A stretch of 64,000 bases of DNA, from positions 139,740 to 203,739 of the forward strand of contig JAZQUH010000039.1 in the NCBI GenBank assembly GCA_045631185.1. The letters are read 5' to 3'. Below the pieces are notes generated by a model. That model did not search any database, was not told the origin of the DNA, and saw only the letters and a program-made list of their open reading frames with translations. The position numbers were made by a program, and so were the translations under genes. Positions 1-8,102 of the stretch are shown here, in pieces (the stretch's first letter is position 1; each line of letters begins with the position of its first letter). The DNA comes from Alphaproteobacteria bacterium (lineage in GTDB: Bacteria > Pseudomonadota > Alphaproteobacteria > CAAHEQ01 > UBA3637).

Positions 1-2
1 AC

Positions 3-839
3 TTGCCATGGTTGAAAAGTTTGAAGTTGGACGAAACGGTTTTTGAAAACTTGATTGATGCCGATACAACGCCCCGTTGCTTTCGTCATAAAAAAGGCCT
101 GCTGTTGGTGGTGCGTGGTGTGAATCCCCGAAAAGGTGAAGATGATGATATGGTGGCGGTGCGTATTTGGATGACCCAAAACCGATTGCTGACTTTATCA
201 CATCGACCGGTTACTTCTATCAGTAAGGTGTTGGAAAAACTGCGCCGAAAAAAAGGGCCTGAAACTTTGGGGGATTGCCTTTCAATGTTGTTGTCCAAAA
301 TGACAAAACAAATAGAAGAATCCTTTTTCGCCATCAATGAATCTTTGGATGATTTGGAAGAGCGAGTGATTCAGGGCAATGGTATTCGTCAGGATGAATC
401 TTTGCGTGAAAAATTGAGTAATATCCGTTATATGATTGTGGGGTTAAAGCGTTATATTTTACCACAAAGAAATGTGATGGGGTTGTTGGAAAAAACGGAT
501 TTTGCTTTTTTCTCTGAATCGAATTTGGCCCGTTTTCGTGAAAATACACGGGATTTGACGGCTGTTGTGGATGGGTTGGAATTTGCCAAAGACCATTCAA
601 AAGTGACCCAAGAAGAATTGGATTCGCAAACAAATATCAATATCAGCCGAACTATGTATTTGATGAGTTTGGTGATGCTGATTTTTACCCCGCTTACTTT
701 TGTGACAGGGCTATTGGGTGCTAATATCGGTGGTATTCCTTTTAATGACAGTCCTTATGGCTTTGTATTTATATGTGCAATATTGCTATGTATGGTTGCT
801 TTTCAGTTTTACCTGATAAAGCGCATTAAATGGTTCTAA
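3..839 (+). CDS. zntB: ZntB/CorA-family divalent cation transporter, 5'-truncated by window edge
   Basis: ORF is open to the window start. The C-terminal two-TM region ...RTMYLMSLVMLIFTPLTFVTGLLGANIGGIPF... closely resembles the E. coli ZntB G-x-N pore region (LFGVNLGGIPG). Confidence 0.8.
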   Translation: MPWLKSLKLDETVFENLIDADTTPRCFRHKKGLLLVVRGVNPRKGEDDDMVAVRIWMTQNRLLTLSHRPVTSISKVLEKLRRKKGPETLGDCLSMLLSKMTKQIEESFFAINESLDDLEERVIQGNGIRQDESLREKLSNIRYMIVGLKRYILPQRNVMGLLEKTDFAFFSESNLARFRENTRDLTAVVDGLEFAKDHSKVTQEELDSQTNINISRTMYLMSLVMLIFTPLTFVTGLLGANIGGIPFNDSPYGFVFICAILLCMVAFQFYLIKRIKWF

Positions 840-1493
840 TTACCAATTTTTGCATAAAGCTTGAGTTTTTGCATAGGATTCCGGTGTATCAATTTGTGCA
901 TGTTTTTTTGCAATTGTTTGATTGATATGATTTAGTAAAGGTTGTAATTCCGAGAGGATATAATTAAACTGTTCCTGAGTAAAACTAGAAATCTCTTGTT
1001 CGGATTTAATAAGTTTAGGTGTCATATTGGATACGATTTCTTGAATTTTTTGTTCTATATCCGGTTTGAAAAATAGCATAGCCTGTTGGGCAATCGCAAC
1101 ATGATGATTTTCATGTTCTCGAATAACTTCATATTCGCATGAACCTGGGTTGTATTTCTTATCGATATATACTTTTAAATTTCCTTTTTCGTATCCCATT
1201 TTAAAATTAAGGAAACTTAAACTGGCACAAATTTGATTTCCTTGTTTTTCAACTGTTGCTTGGGCATTCCCTGATATGGATAAATTTGAAACAGTTAATC
1301 CTAGCGTATTGGGGGAAACCGTTATCTTTGAGTTGCTTAAAAACTCTTTTCTGGACTTTGTTGTAATGTATTGAACATTTCCAGGATTTGTTGTGATTTG
1401 GATACGAGTGGAAGTTTTATCGCAAAACGCACTTGCATTTTGTGATAAAAACAGCGATAATATCGCACAGAGTATAATTTTTTTATTCATCAT
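840..1493 (-). CDS. secreted hypothetical protein with HExxH motif (possible DUF922-like metallopeptidase)
   Basis: Sec signal peptide MMNKKIILCAILSLFLSQNASA. Single HENHH (HExxH) motif near residue 128. No firm family assignment. Confidence 0.45.
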   Translation of the reverse strand: MMNKKIILCAILSLFLSQNASAFCDKTSTRIQITTNPGNVQYITTKSRKEFLSNSKITVSPNTLGLTVSNLSISGNAQATVEKQGNQICASLSFLNFKMGYEKGNLKVYIDKKYNPGSCEYEVIREHENHHVAIAQQAMLFFKPDIEQKIQEIVSNMTPKLIKSEQEISSFTQEQFNYILSELQPLLNHINQTIAKKHAQIDTPESYAKTQALCKNW

Positions 1494-1522
1494 GATTTGA
1501 TATTAGCACAAAGGAAAACAAA

Positions 1523-2320
1523 ATGCAAAGAATAATTTCATGGAATGTTGCATCAGTCAGATCAAGAATGCCAACATTGGAAAAATTTTTGAATTTATAT
1601 CAACCAGATATTGTATTTTTACAGGAAATAAAAGCTACGGAAGATAATTTTCCTTTTATGGATTTTAAACAGATGGGCTATGATGCTGTTATTTCGGGTC
1701 AAAAGGCCTATAATGGTGTTGCTTTTTTATCAAAACAACCTTTGGTGGATGTTGTTCGTGAATTGCCTGATGCTCCAAAATCAGATCCGATTCAGGCGCG
1801 TTTTATTCAGGCGCGCTTGCCTGATAATAAAATTGTTATTTGTGTTTATGCGCCTAATGGGGCCCCGCCGATGAAAAATCCGTCCGATACATCACGTTTA
1901 ATTTTTAAATTGAAATGGTTTGATGCTTTGACGAAGCATATTCAAAATTTATTGCAATCGGGTGAGCAAATTATTTTAGGTGGTGATTTTAATGTGATAG
2001 AACGTGATACGGATGTCTATAACGCAAAATCGTTTGAAGGCAGTGCCTTGATTGTGCCTGAGGTGCGTCAGGTTTTTGAAAAACTCAATCAAACAGGTTT
2101 AAAAAATATGATTCGAAATTTCAATCCAATGGAAAAAACATATTCGTTTTGGGATTTTCAAATGGGGGCATGGCCCAGAAATTTGGGGATATTATTGGAT
2201 TTTTTCTTTGTATCACCTGGTTTGGAATGTTTTGTTGAAAATGCATATATTTACCGAGATGTACGTGGTTGGGAAAAAACTTCTGACCATGCTCCAATAG
2301 CTTTGGAAATAAAAACGTAA
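1523..2320 (+). CDS. xthA: exodeoxyribonuclease III (AP endonuclease, EEP fold)
   Basis: N-terminal ISWNV...LQEIK, internal GGDFNV, C-terminal SDHAPI. Length 265 aa, typical for the family. Confidence 0.9.
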   Translation: MQRIISWNVASVRSRMPTLEKFLNLYQPDIVFLQEIKATEDNFPFMDFKQMGYDAVISGQKAYNGVAFLSKQPLVDVVRELPDAPKSDPIQARFIQARLPDNKIVICVYAPNGAPPMKNPSDTSRLIFKLKWFDALTKHIQNLLQSGEQIILGGDFNVIERDTDVYNAKSFEGSALIVPEVRQVFEKLNQTGLKNMIRNFNPMEKTYSFWDFQMGAWPRNLGILLDFFFVSPGLECFVENAYIYRDVRGWEKTSDHAPIALEIKT

Positions 2321-2399
2321 AAAAAAATTAAAAAAATATATTTTTTTCTTTCCTTTTTATTTTAATTGGGTTAATATATAGAAAAAGGGAGATAGAAAT

Positions 2400-2693
2400 A
2401 TGCGGGAACCAATTTTGAAAGCGGTTTGTGTGCCCCCCAGACTTTTTTGGGCGCCAGCTATTATAGCTGGAGCAAATTTGATTGTTCAGTTTTCTTTGAT
2501 GTTAATGTGGGTTGGTTTAACTGGTCGCTCTATTATGCCTTTTATGTTTTCTATACCTATAGTTCATGCAATGATTGCGGTTTGGGGCAAAAAAGAGCCG
2601 CATTTGTCTAGGATTTTGATTTCATGGGGACAATCAGGTGCAACAAGTACCAAAAATGTTTATCGTTGTCGAGGAACAAAGTTTGCTCCATAA
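2400..2693 (+). CDS. virB3: type IV secretion system protein VirB3
   Basis: 97-aa two-TM protein directly upstream of virB4. PILKAV..PPRLFWAP motif region is like VirB3. Confidence 0.7.
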   Translation: MREPILKAVCVPPRLFWAPAIIAGANLIVQFSLMLMWVGLTGRSIMPFMFSIPIVHAMIAVWGKKEPHLSRILISWGQSGATSTKNVYRCRGTKFAP

Positions 2694-2707
2694 AAAAAAG
2701 GAATAAA

Positions 2708-5143
2708 ATGAATATAGATGCCGGCGTTTTTGATTATATTATAACATCAGCTACAGCTTCTTCTACTTTGGTGGCTGCTGTGGGGGTATTATCGGCTATA
2801 TTTTTGTGTTTCGTTTTTATTACTAAATTCAGTGAGTTTGTTTTGCCTAAGCCAGTTGAAACACGATTAGCTAACTTTTTGCCTTTTGATTATTTGGATG
2901 AGGATGGTGCCACGATTCATTTGCATAATGGTGGCTTAGCTCGTGTTTTTGAAGTTAAAGGTGTTGATACAACATTAGTTTTGCCAGAAGATCGTGAAGT
3001 GTTAATGGAAACACGCAAGCGTTGGATTGATTCAATGGTTGAACTTCAGGTTGTTGCACGTGTTGTTACAGTTCGTGAACATGTTGATTTGAAAGAACCT
3101 GAAGCATATCAAGATAACCGTTTGTTAAAAGAAGTAGCAGCCTTATGGATGGAAAATTTACATCGTATCTTTAATAATAAACATTACATTATTTTATCTA
3201 TTAATGATCGTAAAGATGCAATGAAGGATTTGGATCAGGCAACAAGTACTTTAACTAGTATTATGGATTTGTATGAGCCACGCTTGTTAAGTGAAAAAAA
3301 TAATATAAATAATAACGATAAAAGTCCTTTTTGGTTGTTTGCTAAAATGTCCAGTCCGTTATCTCGTCCGAAACCGATGGTGCATGGTGAAAAAAAAGAT
3401 CGCTTAAATGATTTATTGACAGCGGACTATGTTCATTTTACCAAAGATGAAGGTATAGTGCGTTATTTTAATGGTAATCGAGAAAAACTATCCATTACAA
3501 TGGGAATTCGAAAACCTGGTGATTTTATGGATGAACAGATGGTTGCCGATTTTTTAAGTTTAGATATTGAATTGACCTTGTTGCATAATATCATGGGCAT
3601 TCCCAGTTGGAAAGTTATGCCCAAAGTGATGCAACAACAAAAAATGGCCTATTTTACGACCTTTTCGCAAAATGTTGTGGAACAGTTTGAAGAGGCTAAA
3701 CAGGCTTTGGATGCCAATGATGCCAATGCGCAAAGTTGGAATGAATATGCCCTAAGTATTATCATCTTTGGTGATAGTGAAGAAGAATTAAAATTTGGTC
3801 AAGAAGAGGTGGAACGCATTTGTCGTATGTATAATGTGACACCGGTTCGTGATGGTTGGGCGGCTCAAGCAGTGTTTTTCAGCCAGTTCCCCACCTTTGA
3901 TATTTATCCCAGAACTTATCAGTATTTATCTCGGGTAGTGGCTTGTGCAACGGTTGTAGATAAAGCTCCGACAGGTCGTACAAAATCTGATTGGGGACCC
4001 GTACCTATCAGTTGGTTCAGAACCATCACCGGCACACCGTATGCATTCCAATTCCATGTGTCCGAAGAACCTTATGCAGTGGCACACACCGCTTTAATCG
4101 GTCCGACAGGTCAAGGTAAAACCACCTTCTTCAGCTTTATGGCTGGTCAGGCAATGCGTATTCCTGATTTAAATACTTACTTTTTTGATCGTAATAACGG
4201 TGCTAAAGTTTTTGCAATTATGAATGGATCACCCTATGTGCGTTTTGATGGTGGTGAAGAATCTGTTTCTCTAAATCCGTTTGCTATTCCCGATACACCG
4301 GACAATCGTGCTTTTTTAAGAACATGGATTCGTGATATTACAGGGGGTAATGATGCCGTTTCGGAAAGTGAAATTGCTCGTGCGGTTACAACGGCTTTTG
4401 AATATTTACCACAAAGTGACAGATTGCTTAAAAATTTGTACAAATCCTGTTTTGCGCCGAACAGCTTTATGCGTCGGGAGCTTATGCGTTGGATTGATCC
4501 TGATCAATATGGGCGTATTTTTAATTCGCTGACGGATAACTTGGATTTGGATAGCCGTTATATGTGTTTTGATTTTACAACAATATTCCAAGATCCGACA
4601 TTGGCACCAGCCGTGATTAGCTATGTGATGCATCGTATTCAAACTCTTTCTACGATCAAAGGGACGCCTAGCATGATTATGATTGACGAAACAGCGCCGA
4701 TGTTGGAACATCCTATGTTTAAGGACAGTTTTATCGTGGGATTGCGGGAAGGTCGTAAAAAACGCCAAGCCTATTTGTGTGCTTTCCAGCAACCCAAGTT
4801 TTTGGATGAAAACGGTTTGGGTGATGTGATTCGTGGTCAATGTCAGACGGTTGTATTTTTCCGTAATCCTCAGGCGAATGAGTCGGATTATGCCACATGG
4901 AATTTGACCCCTCGGGAAATGAACTTTATTTTGGGTAAAGAATTTACAGATCGTAAATATGCAATTTTAGTATCTCGACCTGCTATTCATGAATCGGTTA
5001 TCTTGGATGTTGATTTATCAGGATTAGGTCCTTATTTAAAGATTTATTCATCGGGTAATAAAAATGTGTTATTGGCCGAAAAATTACAACGTGAACTTTC
5101 CGATACCGATCAAATAGTACAAGAGTATTTGAAACGCGCTTAA
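2708..5143 (+). CDS. virB4: type IV secretion system ATPase VirB4
   Basis: Walker A GPTGQGKTT and Walker B-like MIMIDET. About 810 aa. Follows virB3. Start taken at ATG 2708 (MNIDAG...) after aaaaggaat rather than the ORF-track start 2624, which overlaps virB3. Confidence 0.9.
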   Translation: MNIDAGVFDYIITSATASSTLVAAVGVLSAIFLCFVFITKFSEFVLPKPVETRLANFLPFDYLDEDGATIHLHNGGLARVFEVKGVDTTLVLPEDREVLMETRKRWIDSMVELQVVARVVTVREHVDLKEPEAYQDNRLLKEVAALWMENLHRIFNNKHYIILSINDRKDAMKDLDQATSTLTSIMDLYEPRLLSEKNNINNNDKSPFWLFAKMSSPLSRPKPMVHGEKKDRLNDLLTADYVHFTKDEGIVRYFNGNREKLSITMGIRKPGDFMDEQMVADFLSLDIELTLLHNIMGIPSWKVMPKVMQQQKMAYFTTFSQNVVEQFEEAKQALDANDANAQSWNEYALSIIIFGDSEEELKFGQEEVERICRMYNVTPVRDGWAAQAVFFSQFPTFDIYPRTYQYLSRVVACATVVDKAPTGRTKSDWGPVPISWFRTITGTPYAFQFHVSEEPYAVAHTALIGPTGQGKTTFFSFMAGQAMRIPDLNTYFFDRNNGAKVFAIMNGSPYVRFDGGEESVSLNPFAIPDTPDNRAFLRTWIRDITGGNDAVSESEIARAVTTAFEYLPQSDRLLKNLYKSCFAPNSFMRRELMRWIDPDQYGRIFNSLTDNLDLDSRYMCFDFTTIFQDPTLAPAVISYVMHRIQTLSTIKGTPSMIMIDETAPMLEHPMFKDSFIVGLREGRKKRQAYLCAFQQPKFLDENGLGDVIRGQCQTVVFFRNPQANESDYATWNLTPREMNFILGKEFTDRKYAILVSRPAIHESVILDVDLSGLGPYLKIYSSGNKNVLLAEKLQRELSDTDQIVQEYLKRA

Positions 5144-5176
5144 AAAAAGGGGGGGGATCTGAAACATTTATCACTA

Positions 5177-6985
5177 TTGACAACATTATTGATTTCATCA
5201 TCTATGGTTTATGCGGGATGGATAGCCACTGGTATAGATTATAAAGGTGATTGTTTGGAAATGATGTGCGATTGTGTGGAAGACAGTGAAACAAGAGATG
5301 GATATTGTTGTCCCAATGGTACCGCTTTTGCCAATACGGGAAATCCTCATCCCACTTATACACCCTGTAAATGTCCTGAAAATTTGTCATGGGATAGTAC
5401 TTTATCCCAATGTGTGGAGTGTTTGACAGATACGAATTGTGATGAAGGTGTTTCTTGTAATATTTTAACAAAGGTATGTTGTCCGGCCGAAACACCCAAA
5501 TGGGATAGCGTTCAACAAAAATGTGTGGAATGTTTATCAGATTATGGTTCGGGTGAGCAAAATGCCTGTTCTGAAGAAAAGCCGATTTGTGATACATCAG
5601 ATTATATTTGTAAATCTTGTGCTGAATTGGATCCGTTGAAACCGTATTGGGATGAAAATACAAAAATGTGCGTTCAATGTTTGGATAATTACGGTTCAGA
5701 TGAAGGTTTGGGTTGTGTATCCGAAGAAAAACCCCTTTGTGACACAACGGATTATACCTGTAAAACTTGTGCTGAGGCGGATCCGACAAAACCGTATTGG
5801 AACGCAAAGTTGGGCCAGTGTGTGGAATGTGTGCAAGATGATCAATGTCCAACGCCCAGTGATTCCAAAAATGATGCCGTATGTTTTAACGGAACATGTC
5901 AAGAATGCCCCAAACGAATTGAAATTGTCGCAAAAAAAGTTGGCACTTCAGGAGGTTCCCATGCGGGCAGTTCTGTCTTTAAAGCAGGTTTGTACGGTCA
6001 TGAATATTGTTCTTATGATTTACATTTAAAAGGATATGCATTAAGTCAGAGTCTTTCTTTAACTTTTACCGGCGATGTTGAAACAATTCGTGAAACAACA
6101 TACGGATGCTGGAAATGTTGTAACAGTCGGACTTTTGATGGGGGTGTTTACCACAGATTACATCCCGGCACTTATTTTAAAACGTTTTGGCAATATTCGG
6201 ATTATGGTAAACATTGTAATTATTTAACCTTTACAATGGATGAAGCATATTTGGAAAGAGTTCCAAATTGTACGGATTGTACATATAAATCCGGTGTTGA
6301 TCCATCGTTCACCTATGAACAATGTGCCAATCAATTGGATCGTTATTTTAAAGATGGCAAGTGTTATGCCTGTCCGGCGGGTACAAGATCAAATGCCGAT
6401 CATACGGAATGTTTATGTGAAAAGGGTAATTATTTGTCTGGTGAAAAGTGCTATTCATGCACGGATGGAACCTATAAAAAAACAACCGAAGCGGCCTGTT
6501 ATGCCAAATGTCCGAAGGATACCCGTATGTGGAGTAAGTATGGTGGTTATAATTACTGTTTTGATTGTAATTATTCTGGCGGTATTTACGCATGGTTCAC
6601 CAAAGAAGAATGCAACCACTGTCCGAACAGATACTTTAAAGACGGTAAGTGTTCATTGTGTCCGGCTAATTCTAAGCCGAATGCGGATAACAGCGATTGT
6701 GTCTGTAACGAGGGTTATTATATGTCTAATGGTGCTTGCTATTCCTGTACGGATAAAACTTACAGGGCAGCAACCGAAGCAGCCTGTTATAATACCTGTC
6801 CGGATAATACCCGTCTGTGGCGCAAAACAAACGGTTATTGCTTTGATTGTAATTATGCCTCAGTTATAACTTCTGCCACTAAAGAAGAATGCAATCATTG
6901 TCCAAACCGATACTTTAAAGACGGCCAATGTTCGTTGTGTCCAAAGGGAAAAAAGCCTAATTCAGACAGAACAGATTGCGAGTAG
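5177..6985 (+). CDS. cysteine-rich repeat protein (CVEC-type 49-aa repeats plus ephrin-receptor/furin/VSP-like 93-96-aa repeats), probably secreted
   Basis: Long ORF with a very high Cys content and CxxC spacing, with internal tandem repeats. The true start may be upstream at in-frame CTG 5159, which would give the signal peptide (M)KHLSLLTTLLISSSMVYA. Confidence 0.7.
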   Translation: MTTLLISSSMVYAGWIATGIDYKGDCLEMMCDCVEDSETRDGYCCPNGTAFANTGNPHPTYTPCKCPENLSWDSTLSQCVECLTDTNCDEGVSCNILTKVCCPAETPKWDSVQQKCVECLSDYGSGEQNACSEEKPICDTSDYICKSCAELDPLKPYWDENTKMCVQCLDNYGSDEGLGCVSEEKPLCDTTDYTCKTCAEADPTKPYWNAKLGQCVECVQDDQCPTPSDSKNDAVCFNGTCQECPKRIEIVAKKVGTSGGSHAGSSVFKAGLYGHEYCSYDLHLKGYALSQSLSLTFTGDVETIRETTYGCWKCCNSRTFDGGVYHRLHPGTYFKTFWQYSDYGKHCNYLTFTMDEAYLERVPNCTDCTYKSGVDPSFTYEQCANQLDRYFKDGKCYACPAGTRSNADHTECLCEKGNYLSGEKCYSCTDGTYKKTTEAACYAKCPKDTRMWSKYGGYNYCFDCNYSGGIYAWFTKEECNHCPNRYFKDGKCSLCPANSKPNADNSDCVCNEGYYMSNGACYSCTDKTYRAATEAACYNTCPDNTRLWRKTNGYCFDCNYASVITSATKEECNHCPNRYFKDGQCSLCPKGKKPNSDRTDCE

Positions 6986-7002
6986 TACTTAAAAGCATCC
7001 CC

Positions 7003-7134
7003 GTTTTATCGGGTCTGGGGCCGTATTTGAAAGTTTATTCATCGGGTAATAAAAATGTGCTGTTGGCCGAAAAATTACAACGCGAACTTTCCGATACTGA
7101 TCAGATTCTTCAAGAGTATTTGAAACGAGCTTGA
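7003..7134 (+). pseudogene. relic 3' end of a virB4 paralogue (last ~41 codons plus stop)
   Basis: Translates to SGLGPYLKVYSSGNKNVLLAEKLQRELSDTDQILQEYLKRA*. The intact VirB4 C-terminus is SGLGPYLKIYSSGNKNVLLAEKLQRELSDTDQIVQEYLKRA*. The DNA differs mostly at synonymous positions. Confidence 0.85.
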
Positions 7135-7239
7135 GATAGGTTGTTTGAATATTTTTTAAGTAATGGATAAAGTATCTTAAGTAAATTTTTATTTTTATGG
7201 AAGTTCAAAATAAAAAAAAGTGGCCAAAAAGACGGGGGG

Positions 7240-7328
7240 ATCACTTCGTTCGTTCTTTCAGGACCGCCTTCGGTGTCCGCTTACTTTGTGCGCGACCGAC
7301 CCCCAGAATCTGGACTTCTCATCCCCAT
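7240..7328 (-). repeat. GC-rich tRNA-adjacent repeat unit (copy downstream of tRNA-Ser)
   Basis: The segment ...aggcggtcctgaaagaacgaacgaag... matches aggcggacgaaagaacgccgaaaa in the unit at 21222-21365. The junction tttttttatgggGATGAGAA matches the unit at 21417. Confidence 0.5.
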
Positions 7329-7350
7329 AAAAAAAACACCCCGCAGGGTG
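7329..7350 (-). terminator. intrinsic terminator of tRNA-Ser
   Basis: The minus strand reads cacccTGCGgggtg followed by a U-run. Confidence 0.7.
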
Positions 7351-7357
7351 TAAAAAG

Positions 7358-7448
7358 TGGCGGAAAGATGGGGATTCGAACCCCAGATAGAGACAAGCCC
7401 TATAACAGATTTCGAGTCTGCCGCATTCGACCACTCTGCCATCTTTCC
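7358..7448 (-). tRNA. tRNA-Ser (anticodon CGA), CCA encoded
   Basis: Reverse complement is GGAAAGATGGCAGAGTGGTCGAATGCGGCAGACTCGAAATCTGT...GGGGTTCGAATCCCCATCTTTCCGCCA. It has a long variable arm and the anticodon loop CT-CGA-AA. Confidence 0.9.
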
Positions 7449-7501
7449 GTATTCACTACTCTCAATCTGTTATGTGTCTTGCTGGCGCAATCCAAACAGA
7501 T
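7428..7501. repeat. direct repeat copy 1 (5' part of tRNA-Ser plus its upstream region)
   Basis: 74 nt, repeated at 7552-7625. Identical over about 53 nt (gtattcactactctcaatctgttatgtgtcttgctggcgcaatccaaacagat). Confidence 0.85.
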
Positions 7502-7551
7502 TAGAACGCTTTGCGCTCTTTCACTTCGTTCAATGACGAGTTGCCGCTTAT

Positions 7552-7625
7552 CGACCACTGTCCATCTTTGAAGTATTCACTACTCTCAATCTGTTATGTG
7601 TCTTGCTGGCGCAATCCAAACAGAT
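7552..7625. repeat. direct repeat copy 2 with truncated pseudo-tRNA-Ser 5' fragment
   Basis: cgaccactgtccatctttgaag compared with the real cgaccactctgccatctttccg. The rest of the tRNA body is missing. Confidence 0.8.
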
Positions 7626-7703
7626 ATATAGTTTTTGCATTATACAAAAAACCGCTTTAAATTGCAAGCGTTTTTAAAAATAACTTTTTTTGTAAAATCC
7701 CCC

Positions 7704-7732
7704 TTGCAATTTTATAAAAAAAAAATTATAGT
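7704..7732 (+). promoter_or_regulatory. sigma70-type promoter of cspA, followed by a ~105-nt structured 5' UTR
   Basis: TTGCAA-17 nt-TATAGT. The UTR has long-range complementarity (gcatcagc ... gctgatg), as in cold-shock leaders. Confidence 0.55.
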
Positions 7733-7844
7733 GATTTTGTCTTCGGATGCATCAGCTTATCAACAAAGACAACTTTGTCATTAAGAATTGCTTTCGAATT
7801 TTTGCTGATGACAAAGCGTTTTTTATTTATAAAGGAGTTTTCGG

Positions 7845-8048
7845 ATGTTATCTGGAAAAGTAAAATGGTTTAATTACAAAAAAGGTTATGGATTTATCAC
7901 GCCAGAAGAAGGCGATAAAGATGTGTTCGTGCATATCACCGCCATGCGTGAAGCCCAATTAAAAAGATTGGATGAAGGTCAAGATATTGCCTATGAATTA
8001 AAAGAAGAAAACGGCAAAATCTGCGCCACAAACTTGACTTTAAAATAA
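7845..8048 (+). CDS. cspA: cold-shock protein (CSD family)
   Basis: 67 aa. KWFN..KGYGFI (RNP1) and VFVH (RNP2) motifs. SD aaaggag. Confidence 0.95.
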   Translation: MLSGKVKWFNYKKGYGFITPEEGDKDVFVHITAMREAQLKRLDEGQDIAYELKEENGKICATNLTLK

Positions 8049-8065
8049 TTAAAGTTGATTAAATT

Positions 8066-8090
8066 GCCCGCCCGAATGGGCGGGTTTTTT
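8066..8090 (+). terminator. intrinsic terminator after cspA
   Basis: gcccgccc-gaat-gggcggg followed by tttttt. Confidence 0.85.
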
Positions 8091-8102
8091 AAAGGAAGAA
8101 AA

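Noticed and set aside
2624-2707. N-terminal extensions offered by the ORF track (virB4 at 2624, rdgB at 8055, hydG at 30248, lptG-lptD at 39795, folD at 44211, SDR at 58110, pilin-like at 57186)
   Set aside because: The extensions overlap upstream genes or terminators and lack an SD. Downstream ATGs with an SD give N-termini that match the family consensus.
5141-5180. Translational read-through fusing VirB4 to the Cys-rich protein (same frame, no second stop)
   Set aside because: The stop is a TAA with no known read-through context. A cytoplasmic ATPase fused to a disulfide-rich domain is implausible, and the shared frame is more likely incidental to the cassette insertion.
5202-6869. Long alternative-frame or antisense ORFs inside the Cys-rich genes (for example 5202-5852 minus, 6240-6869 plus, 49399-50449 plus)
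   Set aside because: They arise from the repeat periodicity and the scarcity of stop codons in TG(T/C)-rich sequence. The Cys-rich frame has the coherent repeat structure, and for the pilin-like genes the SD as well.
7197-7571. 124-aa plus-strand ORF spanning the tRNA-Ser locus
   Set aside because: It runs antisense through a tRNA gene, its terminator and repeat scars. It has no SD, and its composition is explained by the GC-rich repeats.
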